Source of the DNA: Hormiphora californensis
Taxonomy: Eukaryota; Animalia; Ctenophora
Assembly: GCA_020137815.1 (NCBI GenBank)
Contig: CM035359.1
Location: 2,108,001-2,172,000 of the forward strand
Reading direction: 5' to 3'
Length of the DNA: 64,000 nucleotides
This document shows, piece after piece, positions 1 through 14,900 of the stretch. Position 1 is the stretch's first letter. Every line of letters starts with the position of its first letter. The translations under genes were made by a program, and so were the position numbers. The notes below the pieces were generated by a model, which was not told the DNA's origin, did not search any database, and saw nothing but the letters and a program-made list of their open reading frames with translations.

Positions 1-229
1 CAAAGTAGATTTCTCTTTCTCTGGCAGCTGTACAAAGAGTGCAATAAGGGGTCTCTCTCTATAGTTAAAGTAACAAACTCTCCTGTTTCAGCTGTCAGTA
101 CACAGAGTGCAATAAGGGGTCTCTCTCTCTTTAGTTAAAGTAACAAACTCTCCTGTTTCAGCTGTACACAGAGTGCAATAAGGGGTTTCTCTCTCTCTCT
201 AGTAAAAGTAACAAACTCTCTTGTTTCAG

Positions 230-3200
230 CTGTACACAGAGTGCAATAGAGGGTGTCAATGTGCCTCTGGATTCTTCCGAAATAGCGAGGGAGTTTGTGT
301 GGGATCTGACCAATGCCCTGGATTTACTGAGAACCTCCCCGAGGTCAGTTAATTAGCTAACTAAATAATTAACTAAGCTAATACAGTCGGGGAAAAGGAT
401 TTGCCCGATAAATCGGGGAGGGTACCTGGTATATCGGGGTCTGTTCGCAAGTTGATATGTAATTGATACACCCTCAATAGAACTGTGGTGAAAGATTGAG
501 GATCGAATGTACCAATCGCCTACCGGATACCCTCTGTTCCCCCTCAAGTTGTAGGTAAACTGGGTCTGCAAGTGTGTAAGCAAGATGGGCGAAGTAGTGG
601 GAGAGGAGGTCATGTTCGAAATGTGGAGTGGAGATTGTAGTAAGTTTAACTTAATATATGGTCATTGTTTTGTTAAACCTCATTTTTAGACGGTCTAGCT
701 AGGCGAATCTGGACATTGTTGATTGTAACTCCCCCTCCCGCATTGAACGTGGTTACGAAGTTACCCCTATTATCGCATAACGTGATCTCCTGATAGCAAT
801 GTAACCCCCTCCTAACAGATGAGGATGGTATCTATGAGCCACAACCTTGCTCCAACCCTGACATGGTTAATGTTAATTGTGTAAAGCCCGATAAGTACTG
901 TGGTCACATGGACGCCATGGAGACGGATGAGGTAATCAATTAGGGGGGGGGGTAATTAATTAGGGGGGGTGAGGGAGTGTGAGGGAGTGTGAGGGAGTGT
1001 GAGGGAGTGTGAGGGAGTGTGAGGGAGTGTGAGGGAGTGTGAGGGAGTGTGAGGGAGTGTGAGGGAAGGAGTCTTGAGAGTAGAAAGTGTGGGGTTGAGA
1101 CGTGAGGGGTCGAGAACACAGGGAATTATAGGACTCCATGACCATTGTTGTCTACCCCTTCCCAGAAGCCATGTCTCGCGGGATGTAACTGCCCAGAATC
1201 AGCACCCTACGTGACCGAAGATGGTCGATGTGTGGTTGAGGAGGCGTGCCCGGACATGCCCATGTGGGAGGAAATATTGGGCGATTTCCTCAGACAAGCA
1301 AACGTTTCAAGATGGAATGAGATGAGAGAGGAACAGGGTGAGTAATGTTACCCAGAATCCAACAGGTGTTTGGACCACGCGACCCCTAATAACCCCACTA
1401 ACAAACCACCCTAACATTTAACAACCCTCCCTAACAACCTCTCTAACAACCCCACTAACAAACCACCCTAACAACCGAATATTACCCAGAATCCGAGGTA
1501 TTAGGAGGAGAACAAGTAGTGGACCCGACCTGTGTGGACGGGAACAGGAATTGTGTCAGTTGGTCCTCACGATCGGGGGATCTGTGTACAACCCACGCAT
1601 ACATGAAGAAAAACTGCCGGAAGTCTTGTGGGACGTGCCCCATGGTATCGGTGCAGGAAGTGGAGGTCGTTGTTACACGTGGGTTATGTTATATTTTATG
1701 AAGGAGCAGTTCAGCAGTTACAATCTTTCGTTTAGTTATAGTTGACCCTGTTTGGCAGATTGTTTGTCTTTATACCCTTATCACGAACTAAATTTTAACC
1801 TTTCCAGGAGAGAACAAAACATGCGAGGAGATTGATAACGATATCCTATCGTACTATGAGTCTTTGGATGCTACACCCGTATTTGGTAATTATGGACATA
1901 ACGACAATAATATGGTTGCCATAGCAACGGTCTATAGTAACGAATGTAATCCCCCATTATCAGGTGGTATGAGTGTGATCTGCCTGAACTCCAATCCCAA
2001 CTTGTTCTTCACAACCCAATGTGTCGGATCTGTGTGTTTCTGTGTTGATGGAGAGACCGGTGTGACTCATCCTGGTTATGTCTTCTCTCGTGGGCAGTCC
2101 GTTCAGTGCCCCGGGTGAGTCTATCACTTACCTTATATGGTATGGAGTGAGTCCATCACTTACCATATATGGTATGGAGTGAGACCATTATTTACCATAA
2201 CTAGTAAGCCCGCTCGCCCTACGGGCGAATGTCGGGGATGGTCAATGGTCATACAGTAAACTAAGCAAATAGTGCAGTGTAGTATCATTTGAAATTTTTT
2301 AAATCAGTAAATTTATCAGGTGAATTAACCACAGCGATTCTTTCGACAGAAAAACCACGGGTCCTCTTTTGCCAGGTCCTGAAGTATTTTATGAAGGAGC
2401 ACTTTCACGTATTACTGCCATTTCTTATTAGTGCCATTGATACTTTGTTATTACGTGTGTTGACAACATTTTTTGAATAATAATCACCTCTTTTGTAGGA
2501 TTCTACACGGCGTGCCTGGTGAAATTTTAACACGACCTAGCATGCAACGGGAAACCACCACTTGTACGTGGTAGCTGAGGGTCTACAGAATGGCGCTACG
2601 GTGCGGGAAAAAAAAGTCCATGCCCTAAAATCGTTTTTTTTACTTTTATTTGATTTGGGTCAAAATTGGCTATATTAAACGTGGTCCCGAAAAATCCATA
2701 ATGACTTAGCACACGAAATATGTCACCCCTACCTATTTTTGCACGTAGAATCGATTGCCGTTGAAGTCGAATCTCTAAAATGACTGTAAAATGGTCAAAA
2801 GTTGGTTTTTTACCATTTTTTGGAGGTTTTTGGCCCCTAAACCATTGAAAACGTTGAGATAGGAATTTGAAATTAATGCCAATCGTTAAAATGGTCATTT
2901 TTCTACCAAGAACCAAGTTTTCGTGTATATCCGATTTATGGTTAGATTTGGGCAAATTGTTGAAATCTGCCAACTAGGAGAACCGTAACTTGATTTTCTT
3001 GTTTTTTGGATTTTGGCATTTTTGACAAACTTTTAATTGAAATGGTCAATCGGGACCATGCTTAAGTTGTTTATGGGACAATTTTCGACTAAAATCCAAG
3101 ATTTCATACCAATCCAATAACAGATCGTTGATTTATAGAAAATTTAAGTAGGCAAAACGGTGAAAATAAGCAAGAAAAGTTGTCATTTTGACCGTTTTGC

Positions 3201-5531
3201 CTACTTAAATTTTCTATAAATCAACGATCTGTTATTGGATTGGTATGAAATCTTGGATTTTAGTCGAAAATTGTCCCATAAACAACTTAAGCATGGTCCC
3301 GATTGACCATTTCAATTAAAAGTTTGTCAAAAATGCCAAAATCCAAAAAACAAGAAAATCAAGTTACGGTTCTCCTAGTTGGCAGATTTCAACAATTTGC
3401 CCAAATCTAACCATAAATCGGATATACACGAAAACTTGGTTCTTGGTAGAAAAATGACCATTTTAACGATTGGCATTAATTTCAAATTCCTATCTCAACG
3501 TTTTCAATGGTTTAGGGGCCAAAAACCTCCAAAAAATGGTAAAAAACCAACTTTTGACCATTTTACAGTCATTTTAGAGATTCGACTTCAACGGCAATCG
3601 ATTCTACGTGCAAAAATAGGTAGGGGTGACATATTTCGTGTGCTAAGTCATTATGGATTTTTCGGGACCACGTTTAATATAGCCAATTTTGACCCAAATC
3701 AAATAAAAGTAAAAAAAACGATTTTAGGGCATGGACTTTTTTTTCCCGCACCGTAGCGCCATTCTGTAGACCCTCAGCTACCACGTACAAGTGGTGGTTT
3801 CCCGTTGCATGCTAGGTCGTGTTAAAATTTCACCAGGCACGCCGTGTCTATCACGTAGTCTATAGGCGTCAGCGCCAGTTTGGGACATATGGCTCCTCCA
3901 AACTCGCTGGCGATTGTGTTGAAGTTGAGTAGTCATGTTCACGAAACGTGGTGAACAGGGGGTGAACAGATCAAATCGAGCAAACGATCAATCACACAAC
4001 CGGCAGAGAAATGAATCAAGGATGCACGTGCAGTTTAAGGCTCAAGCTGGCAGGTTGCCAGGGTCCCTCTAGGGACAACACGTGCAAAAGGTCATTTCCA
4101 GGAATTTTGTGCCATATTTGGTAAAAAAACCATCACCCATCATTTCCCTATTTGCTTTAATAATAGTATGATATATGGTATGGAATGATAGGGAGCCCCC
4201 TAATCCCCTCAAAGTAATGCACACCTTCACGTGTACTTGAGACGTCAGTTTCCACCTTTTCTCTCTCCCTGATCTATCTTGCCTTCCTTCCCAGTGCCCC
4301 AGATTGTCTCCCCCTCTCTCATCCCCCAAGTACCCCAGAGTACCTCATCTAGCCCCTTCCACCCCCAGTACCCCAGAATGCCCTGGAAACCAGGAGTACC
4401 TGTCGTGTGGTGAACCTGTTATGAAGAAGTGTGGAGAGGAGAGTGAACCCTTTGACTATGAAGGAGCCGGTTGCACGCAGGTACCCTAGTAAAGGTCCAT
4501 CGACCATTTCTGGTTAAAATGGGCCCATTTACGTCCATTAACGCGCCCATTTTTAACAATATGGGCCCATTTTCGCTGGTATGCGCCCATTTTCGCTGCA
4601 GGATCGAGCGTTGGCCATGGCTGTATTATAATGGTGTTACTATTTATAAAACTTCCCGCAGAGTCATCGATCACCCAATAAAACAACATCTTTTCTGAGT
4701 GTCGAGTGATATGTTTTTAAAACTTAATATTGTACATATTTTCAACCTGATCCTCATTATCCCCCAGGGCTGTGGATGTGATTATAGCAAGCCTTACTGG
4801 GACGAGGAAACTCAGATGTGCCTTAGTGAAGAGACATGCAACAAGGTAAAATGGCTCGCTTTCGCCAGACCAATATATCTGTTTGGCCACATTGATACCT
4901 GAGTGAGATCGACGGAGCGAGAATAGGTTGCAATGGATCCAATATATCTGTGAGACTCTGTGGATTTTGGATATAGTGTTTCATGTCAAGCTCATTTTGT
5001 CTTGTTTAGAAGCCATGTCTTAGCTTGTTATGTTCTAACCCTCCCTTTACATTTGGCGCCCGAAACACAGTCTAGCCAGGCAAGTCTTAGCTATAACTGT
5101 GTAACTCATCAACAAATCTTAACTTGTCGTGTTATTCCCACGTAATTTAACGCGGTATTCCAATTATTACAGAAGCTGGGAGTTGAAGAAGATATAGAGT
5201 GTGGTGTTGGGGAAGAGCTGGTTGAGTGTGTTGGACAACGATGTGAAGTTACATGTGACGTTATATCTGGTGCGAGCGAGCTGATATGCGCTGTAAGTTG
5301 ACAAAGATATATTGGTCATCTGCAGTATAACGCATCTTCAATCTTCAATCTTCAAAGTAGATTTCTCTTTCTCTGGCAGCTGTACAAAGAGTGCAATAAG
5401 GGGTCTCTCTCTTTCTAGTTAAAGTAACAAACTCACCTGTTTCAGTTGTACAACAAGTGCAATAAGGGGTCTCTCTCTCTAGTTAAAGTAACAAACTCTC
5501 CTGTTTCAGCTGTACACAGAGTGCAATAAAG

Positions 5532-5583
<52 letters not shown>

Positions 5584-8500
5584 GTTAAAGTAACAAACTC
5601 TCCTGTTTCAGCTGTACACAGAGTGCAATAGAGGTTGTCAGTGTGCATCTGGGTTCTTCCGAAACAGTGAGGGAGTTTGTGTGGGATCTGACCAATGCCC
5701 TGGATTTACTGAGAACCTCCCCGAGGTCAGTTAATTAGCTAACTAAATAATTAACTAAGCTAATACAGCCGGGGAAAAGGATTTGCCCGATAAATCGGGG
5801 AGGGTACCTGGTATATCGGGGTCTGTTCGCAAGTTGATATGTAATTGATACACCCTTAATAGAATTGTGGTGAAAGATTGAGGATGCTGAATGAGTACCA
5901 AATCGTCCTTCCCGGATATCCCGTTCCTAGCTGTGATGAGCAAGGTAAAAATATTGATCTCTACAATATTAGTAGGTCAAAATGAACACTTTCTTCCTCT
6001 TTAATAGACAAATCACAATGAACAGTTCCCTCCTCTGGATCTAACAAAATGAACAATTCCCCCCTCAACAGGTCTAACAAAATGACCACTTCCCCCCTTT
6101 ACATGTCTAAGAAACTGAACAATTCCCCCCTCAACAGATCTAACAAAATGAACAATTCCCCCCTTTACATGTCTAACAAAATGAACAATTCCCCCCTTTA
6201 CATGTCTAAGAAACTGAACAATTCCCCCCTTTACATGTCTAAGAAACTGAACAATTCCCCCCTTTAGGGGAAACTCTAACTGAATGGACGCGCAGTAATG
6301 GCAGCCCATCAACTGTAAAAATCTAACTGATAATGGGAGCCATCACTCTGGGCGCGCCATGATTTGCCACATTCTGCTCGTAAAAAAGGCCTTTACGTAG
6401 CGCGCGATGACAAACACACGGACATTGTCGCGCGTTCTGTCCATCATTCCTTCCATCCAGTTAGATTTTTACGGTTGATGGGACGCCATTACTGCGCGTC
6501 CATTCAATTAGAGTTTCCCCTTACATGTCTAACAAAATGAACAATTCCCCCCTTTACATGTCTAAGAAACTGAACAATTCCCCCTCTCAACAGGTCTAAG
6601 AAACTGAACAATTTTCCCCTCTGCAGGTCTATACACCCCGGTCCAGTGTCATGGATCAACATGTTTCTGTGCAGATACCCTTACCGGTAAAAAGGTAACC
6701 ACACTGCAGCATGACATATTATAGTTGCTATGGTTGCCACTTGCCATGGTTACTACATATGGTTACCATGGTTACTACATATGGTTACCATGGTTACCGC
6801 ATAATATGACACACCTCCAATCTCTTCCAGAGTCTAAGCCATGGGATGGAGGAGGAGGAGTTCCATATTGCGATGCTGTCATCTAACATGATGCGATGTA
6901 CCAACCTAGCTGGTGTAGGGAAATGTGAGGTACACAAATATATTAATAGTAGGATCCTGTATTATGATAAATGAACTATGAACGTTTGTAGACTGGCGCG
7001 TTATCAAGTTGGCTGTTCCCAGCGCGAGCTGGGGACAGCCAACTGGAGTTTAATCGCCCGGCAGGGCGATTAAACTGGTTTAAATCCCGACGCCGATCCC
7101 GAGGCGCCAGCCGAGGGTGAGGGGGAGGTGATTTAAACCTATAACGCGATAGGCTAACAAACGTTCATAGTTTATGAAACCCGATAGTAATTACACACAA
7201 ATAAGAGACACAACACAAGGGGTAACACACTAGGACTGCTGGCAAATAGTCAACAGACACTCTCAAAATGTGTGTAGACTTAGTGTCTACAGCTGTTCCT
7301 AACATGTTTGAGAAAGAGAGAGAAAGAAACACACAGTGAGAGATATTGAACAGTAAAAGAGAGAATGAGAGAGAGAAACGAATGGAATGCGACTATTTTG
7401 CCTCTGGATGAGAGAGATAACATTGAAAAGTGTTGAAGATGTGTTTCCCTCTCTGTTATTGACAGAACTGTGTGTTTACACACATTTTCATTACTTGGAA
7501 ATTTACACGCATGTTATGGAAATGAAGAGAAACGCGTGAAAATGGGCACTGGTCTGATAAATAGCGAGCAGGGTGTTAAATCCCCCAGCTAGCAGTTATC
7601 ATGAGCGCGCAAAATGTTCAAACGACCGTTAAATCAGCTATCGGGTTTCATATTTTATTAATACATAGTTCCTAAAATTTATCCAATTTTATTCATTTTC
7701 TACAATTTGAAGGATCGAAAAACTCGTTTCTGCAGGCGATGGGATTGGAGTTCTCAGAGTGTACGGCTCACTGCCAGCCCACGTGTGAGAACATGGATTA
7801 CATCATGGCATGTACCAGGATCTGTCAGCCGGGTTGTGTGTGTCCCCGGGGGACTGTGAGGTCCGAGGACGGGGAATGTATTAATCCGATGGATTGTGAA
7901 ACGTGGAATCCACCTCAGAAGTGTGAGGAACGTGTGCAATACTTTGAGAAACATTTTAATAACTCAGGCTTAGTGGGTCTCCCTGATCATTTGTGTGATG
8001 AAAACGGTAAGTGTGTCCGTCTGTGCAGTTGTGTGTGTGTCTGTTATAGATGTCTATATCTCTCTGTAGCTGTCTGTTTATCTGTCTGTATATCTGTCTG
8101 TCTGTCTGTAGATGTCTGAAACTGTCTCTCTGTATCTTTCTACATGTCTGCATATGTCAATAGCTGTGTGTCTGTCGGTATCTATCTGTCTCTCTATAGC
8201 TGTCTGTCTGTTTATCTGTCTGTCTGTCTGTCTGACTAAATTCAACTCCCTATTGAAAGGTGACTACGAGCCAGAGCAGTGCCACGGTTCTGTCTGTTTC
8301 TGTGTTGATACTGCGACTGGAGAGCAGATTGAAGACACGGAACATGGTCGGGGAGAGGATTACGAGTGCAGTGGCTCCTCACTTGCTGCTGACATTGTCA
8401 GTGACAACATGGCCATGAAGTGCAAGGTACTAATAATGTCTTTGTTTGGGCACGTCACGCCCTTCTGGGTTTGTGATCCAAGAATAGGAGTGAGTAAACC

Positions 8501-8948
8501 ACTAAGTATTCTTCTTAGTATTTCGGGATATTATGATATTAATCCCATCTGATATAAATGAGGTTGCACACTTTGAGATCCCTCCTGACTCCCGGCCTCC
8601 CCTCTCTCCGCAGGATCTTGGGATGGAGTACTCAGAATGTAGTGCCCACTGTCAAAAGTCCTGTGACAACCTGGACTTCCTTGGAATATGTACCCTGCAA
8701 TGCCAGCCAGGATGTGTCTGTCCCCCTGGTACTGTAATGGAGGAGAGGGTGATGAGCGGTGATGTCCCAGTTTGTATTAGTCCTATGGAGTGTGAATCAT
8801 GGAACCCGCCCCAAAGATGCTTTTTAAAGAAGCAATACATGGAGGGGCATTTCAATGGTTCAATGATCACGGGATTACCTACACCGCGGTGCGATCAAAA
8901 TGGTAAGTCTGTCTGTCTGTCTGTCTCTCTGTAGCTAGTCTGTCTGTA

Positions 8949-8999
<51 letters not shown>

Positions 9000-11900
9000 A
9001 TGTCTGTCTCTCTGTCTGACTAAATTCAACTCTCATTGAAGGTGACTACGAGCCCGAGCAGTGCCACGGTTCTGTCTGTTTCTGTGTTGATACTGCGACT
9101 GGAGAGCAGATTGAAGACACGGAACATGGCCGGGGAGAGGATTATGAGTGCAGTGGCTCCTCACTTGCTGCTGACAACATGGCCATGAAGTGCAAGGTAC
9201 AGTTATACTAATACTGATAATAGGGGGGGGGGGGGCAAGGCCACAAAAATCCAAACCAGCCCTAAAGTCTGGGATTGATCTGGCTTTTTTTGACCTTGCG
9301 CCCTTGCCCCCCCCCCCCCATTATAGTGTTTTTGTTTGGGCACGCCCTTCTACGTGTTTGTATCCCACAAATGGTTATCCTTCTTGACTCCCCCTGACCC
9401 CTCCCCCTCTCTTCGCAGGATCTGGGGATGGAGTACTCAGAATGTAGTGCCCACTGTCAAAAATCCTGTGACAACCTGGACTTCCTTGGAATATGTACCC
9501 TGCAATGCCAGCCAGGATGTGTCTGTCCCCCTGGTACTGTAATGGAGGAGAGGGTGATGAGCGGTGATGTACCAGTTTGTATTAGTCCTGTGGAGTGTGA
9601 ATCATGGAACCCGCCCCAAAGATGCTTTTTAAAGAAACAATACATGGAGGGGCATTTCAATGGTTCAATGATCACGGGATTACCTACACCGCGGTGCGAT
9701 CAAAATGGTAAGTCTGTCTGTCTGTCTGTCTCTTTCTGTCTGTCTGTATGTCTGTCTGTCTGTCTGTCTGTCTGTATGTCTGTCTGTCTGTCTGTATGTC
9801 TGTCTCTCTGTCTGACTAAATTCAACTCTCATTGAAGGTGACTACGAGCCCGAGCAGTGCCACGGTTCTGTCTGTTTCTGTGTTGATACTGCGACTGGAG
9901 AGCAGATTGAAGACACGGAACATGGTCGGGGAGAGGATTACGAGTGCAGTGGCTCCTTACTTGCTGCTGACAACATGGCCATGAAGTGCAAGGTACTAAT
10001 AATGTCTTTGTTTGGGCACGTCACGCCCTTCTGGGTTTGTGATCCAAGAATAGGAGTGAGTAAACCACTAAGTATTCTTCTTAGTATTTCGGGATATTAT
10101 GATATTAATCTCATCTGATATAAATGAGGTTGCACACTTTGAGATCCCTCCTGACTCCCCCTCCCCCCTCTCTCCGCAGGATCTTGGGATGGAGTACTCA
10201 GAATGTAGTGCCCACTGTCAAAAGTCCTGTGACAACCTGGACTTCCTTGGAATATGTACCCTGCAATGCCAGCCAGGATGTGTCTGTCCCCCTGGTACTG
10301 TAATGGAGGAGAGGGTGATGAGCGGTGATGTCCCAGTTTGTATTAGTCCTATGGAGTGTGAATCATGGAACCCGCCCCAAAGATGCTTTTTAAAGAAACA
10401 ATACATGGAGGGGCATTTCAATGGTTCAATGATCACGGGATTACCTACACCGCGGTGCGATCAAAATGGTAAGTCTGTCTGTCTGTCTATAGCTGTATAT
10501 CTGTCTGTCTGTCTCTCTGTAGCTGTCTGTCTGTCTGTATGTCTCTCTGTCTGTCTGACTAAATTCAACTCCCATTGAAAGGTGACTACGAGCCAGAGCA
10601 GTGCCACGGTTCTGTCTGTTTCTGTGTTGATACTGCGACTGGAGAGCAGATTGAAGACAGTGAACATGGTCGGGGAGAGGACATTTTCTGTCAGAAGTAA
10701 TCCTAGAAATATTTTTTTTTGTAGATTGCTCATTATCTCAGCTTTCCTAGATGCTGCTTCAAGATAATTGAATCAAGTTTGGGTAAAATTTTGTTTGTTT
10801 TTCAACAGGTTGGAGGCCATGAAGTTAGAAGAGGAATGCCAGGCTAAGGGAATGGTGGTTAGTGAGTGTCCCGGATCTACCTGTCCAGGAAGGTGTAATA
10901 ATGCATTTGAGGAGATCTTCGCCTGTCCGGTGAGTTTTGACACTAATCAAAGTCCTTCTAGTAGGCACACTGACCAATCAGAGTCCTTCTAGTGGGCACA
11001 CTGACCAATCAGAGTCCTTCTAGTAGGCACACTAACCAATCAGAGCTAGTCTATCAGTAGACACATCATCGCATTGATCAATCACATCACATCAGATGAT
11101 GGATTGTGTGCTGGGATGTGACTGCGCCGAGGGCTACCTCCGAGATAGCTCCGGAATATGCGTCCTTGCCGACTCATGCGAGGAGTACAAGAATGCTGAG
11201 ATTCCCACAAATTGTGCTAAGAAAGTGGAGTTTTTAAAACAGAGCCAGTTGTTCTATATCCCTGGATACGACAGACCTGAGTGCAACGAAGATGGTGAGT
11301 TTTTTGTTGTAGACCCTTTTACTTGGTATCATTGGAAACCTGCAGTTCAAAGTCAGACAACTCTTACAATCTAAAATATAGTATAGCGGATAATCTGATT
11401 AGTTTCTGGTTTTCCCCAATTTTGTGTCGCCACTCCGCACATTAGATCATGCCCCTCATGCAGGCAACTACAAGTCAGTTCAGTGTAAGGGCAGTATGTG
11501 CGAGTGTGTTTCAGAGGAATCAGGAGAAGCGGTAAGTGTTTGTTTACTCTTTGATTGTTTGTTTGTTTTTTGTTTGTTTACTCTTTGATTGTTTGTTTGT
11601 TTGTTTATTACTACAGTTTGTTTACAGTTTTTTTACCTACTCCAATAGGTATCAGATCCCTTCCCCATCTCGGATCTCGGTGAAAAAGAAAGAGAATGCA
11701 TGGCAATGGCCAAGTCAGAACAATGCAGCTCCATGAGCAAAATCTATATCGAATGTGGAAGTGCCTGTCCTAAAAACTGTGACAACTTTGACCAGTTATT
11801 CGCCTGTACCGCTAACTGTGTTCCTGGTTGCTACTGTCCTTCAGGGGAAGTTGTTCAGGGAGATGGGAGTTGTGGGCCTGCCACCGATTGTCCCAACTTC

Positions 11901-14900
11901 GAGGAACCCGCATCCTGTTCTGAGAGGAGGGATTACTTCATTAGTGCGGGACTTGATCAGATGTTTGGGTTCAACATGCCTAACTGCAATGAGGATGTGC
12001 CTGGTATGATTTAAAGAATCAAGCCTGCAATAGGGCCTGGGGGAAGATTTTGAGGTTTAAATTCACTGCTTTATTATATCTGCTTTTTAATATCTATTTT
12101 CAGAGTTGTTTATCCCCTTCGCCTGTGAAGGATCAAGTTGTCAATGTGTTGATGAAACGTCTGGCGAAAAGGTGAGTTTCTCTAAAAAGTTTACCAAAAA
12201 AGGATCCCGTACGACTTCCTATTCCATTAAATACTAGATCCTTATTTATTCTCCCCTTGCTGGCTCCCTCTCCCCTGAATCTCCCTCTTCTTCACAAACA
12301 CTTCTAATTCAGGGTGGATCTGAGTTCCACATTGCCGATGTGCAGGAGGGATCCCAACAGTGTTATATTGTCGCTGAAAATCTAAAATGCCAAGCCATGG
12401 GCAAAGTTTACGATGAGTGTGGTACGAGCTGCCCCTTGTCCTGTAATAATATTGACCAGTTTGAGAGTGGTAAAATGGTTGCTTGCCCCCTTATCTGCCA
12501 ACCCGGGTATGTAGTTTTTCTTACTTTACTCTCCCTCCCTCCCTCCCTCCTCTCCGTCTAGTTAAAGTAACAAACTCACCTTCCTCCAGATGTTTCTGTA
12601 AGCCTGGCTCTGTAGAGAGTGGTGATGGGGAGACCTGTGTTGCAGCTGATGAATGTGATCAGTTCAACCCTCCCGGAAAGTGCGCTGAAAAGAAACGGTA
12701 TTTGGAGAGTGTTGGTTTGGATATGCTACTCGGTTACCCCATTCCTGAATGCACTGAAGAAGGTGGGAGATTAGAATTTAGGGGATATTAGGATTTAGGG
12801 GTGATAAGGGGTGATTAGGGGGAGATTAGGGGAGATAAGGGGGAGATTAGGAGGAGATAAGGGGAGATTAGGGGGAAATAAGGGGAGATAAGGGGGATTA
12901 GGGGAGATAAGGGGAGATTAGGGGAGATTAGGGGGAGATAAGGGGGAGATTAGGGGAAATTAGTGGGAAATTAGGGGTGATTAGGGGAGATAAGGGGGTG
13001 ATTAGGGGGAGATTAGGGGAGATAAGGGGGAGATTAGGGGGAGATAAGGGGGAGATTAGGGGATATAAGGGGGAGATTAGGGGGAGATTAAGGGAGATTC
13101 GGAGAGATTAGGAGAGATTAGGGGAGATAAGGGGAGATAAGGGGGAGATTAGGGGTAATTAGGGGGAGATTAGGGGAGATAAGGGGGAGATAAGGGGAGA
13201 TAAGGGGGAGATTAGGGGGAGATAAGGGGGAGATTAGGGGAGATTAGGAGAGATTAGGGGAGATTAGGGGAGATAAGGGGAGATAAGGGGAGATTAGGGG
13301 AGATAAGGGGAGATAAGGGGAGATAAGGGGAGATTAGGGGGAGATAAGGGGGAGATAAGGAGGGGATTAGGGGAAATTAGGGGATCGTATAAGGCAAACC
13401 TGCGACAATCAATCCCCTTGTTTTTTATTACACTTGGACAGGGAGTGCATGGTATTCCAAATTGGTCATTCTAACAGTTAAATTATTGCTCTTATACCAA
13501 CGGTGCTTATTTAGGGCTTGCCTTGATCAACTCTATAATGTAAAGGGAGCGTTAGAACTCAAAAGGAAGCCAGGGGAAAAGTTTTGTTATCAAGCTATCT
13601 ATTTCTGTATTATGTTCACCATTGCACCCTTGTATTCCACCCACTATAGGTGACTACGATTACACACAGTGCACCGGATCCCAATGTTTCTGTGTTGACC
13701 CCATGACTGGAGAACAAGTTGGGGAGGAACTGTTTGGAAGGGGTGGAAAAGTGAACTGTATGATGCGAGTTGAGGAGACCAAGTGTACTGGAGGACAGGT
13801 AACAACATGCTACTTGCGTGAGAAACTTGATATAACGCGTGATAGTATTATATCACGCGTTATGACGTCACGCGTTACATCTCTCTTTCTGACTAAACAA
13901 AATCTTTCCTTCCCTGCAGGTGTTTAACATGTGTGCCAGCTCCTGTGTCTTCACGTGTGAGAATCCAATGCCAGCGTGCAACAAAATGTGTGATGCGAGG
14001 TGTGCGTGTCCTGCCGACAAACCCATCTGGGATGAAGGTAATTAAATTCCTGATTCCTGATTTAGCCCGATATATGCATACCTATATCATGTAGCGTACT
14101 AGTAGAAATGAAGGTATACTAACTAGAAATTAGTGTAGTATCTATATTATAATTTGGAGATGAACGTCGAAGTGGTGGTCGTTCGTTCAGCGGTATCTAA
14201 GCGACAGGCTGCTCCTTCATAAAACACTTCATATGACCAAAGCTGTAAAGCTGTTGCTCACACTTTTGGAACTTCCGGTGGAAGTTTGTTAATATTTTCG
14301 AATAACTTTTATCAGGCCAGTCCCCATAGTTACCAATTCAGTTGCCATGGCAACCGTGTTATTGACGTTGGAAGGGCAAAAAGAACCACCCGGCTAAGCC
14401 GGGTGGGTAATCAAAAAGCTCTTACTTGAGGCGCACCCAATGGGTGCGCTAGTCTCTATTATAAGTTGGAGATGAACGTCGAAGTGGTCGTTCGTTCAGC
14501 GGTATCTACGCGACAGGCTGCTCCTTCATAAAACACTTCATATGACGAAAGCTGTAAAGCTGTTAGTCACAGTTGTGGAACTTCCAGTGGAAGTTTGTTA
14601 ATATTTTCGAATGACTTTTAACATGCCAGTCCCCATAGTTACTAATTCAGTTGCCATGGCAACCGTTTTATTGACGTTCAAAGGCCAAAGGGGCGAAAAG
14701 AACCATCCGGCGAAGCCGGGTGGGTTATCAAAAAGGCCTTATTTAAGGCGCACCCAATGGGTGCGCTAGTAGGTATGTATACTAGAAATGAGTACTCGAG
14801 CTGATTTTGCACATCCTCCTGTCCATTTCTCCAAAATCACAGCCCCAATTCCCCAAAATCACACACCTCATACTTCCTAAGGTACTATGATGTGTATTGA

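Noticed and set aside
2596-3756. Two identical 125-aa ORFs on opposite strands
   Set aside because: By-product of the palindrome; TTG start and no recognisable domain.
12790-13385. Telomere-like TTAGGG words
   Set aside because: Embedded in an 11-12-bp intronic minisatellite, not a (TTAGGG)n array.
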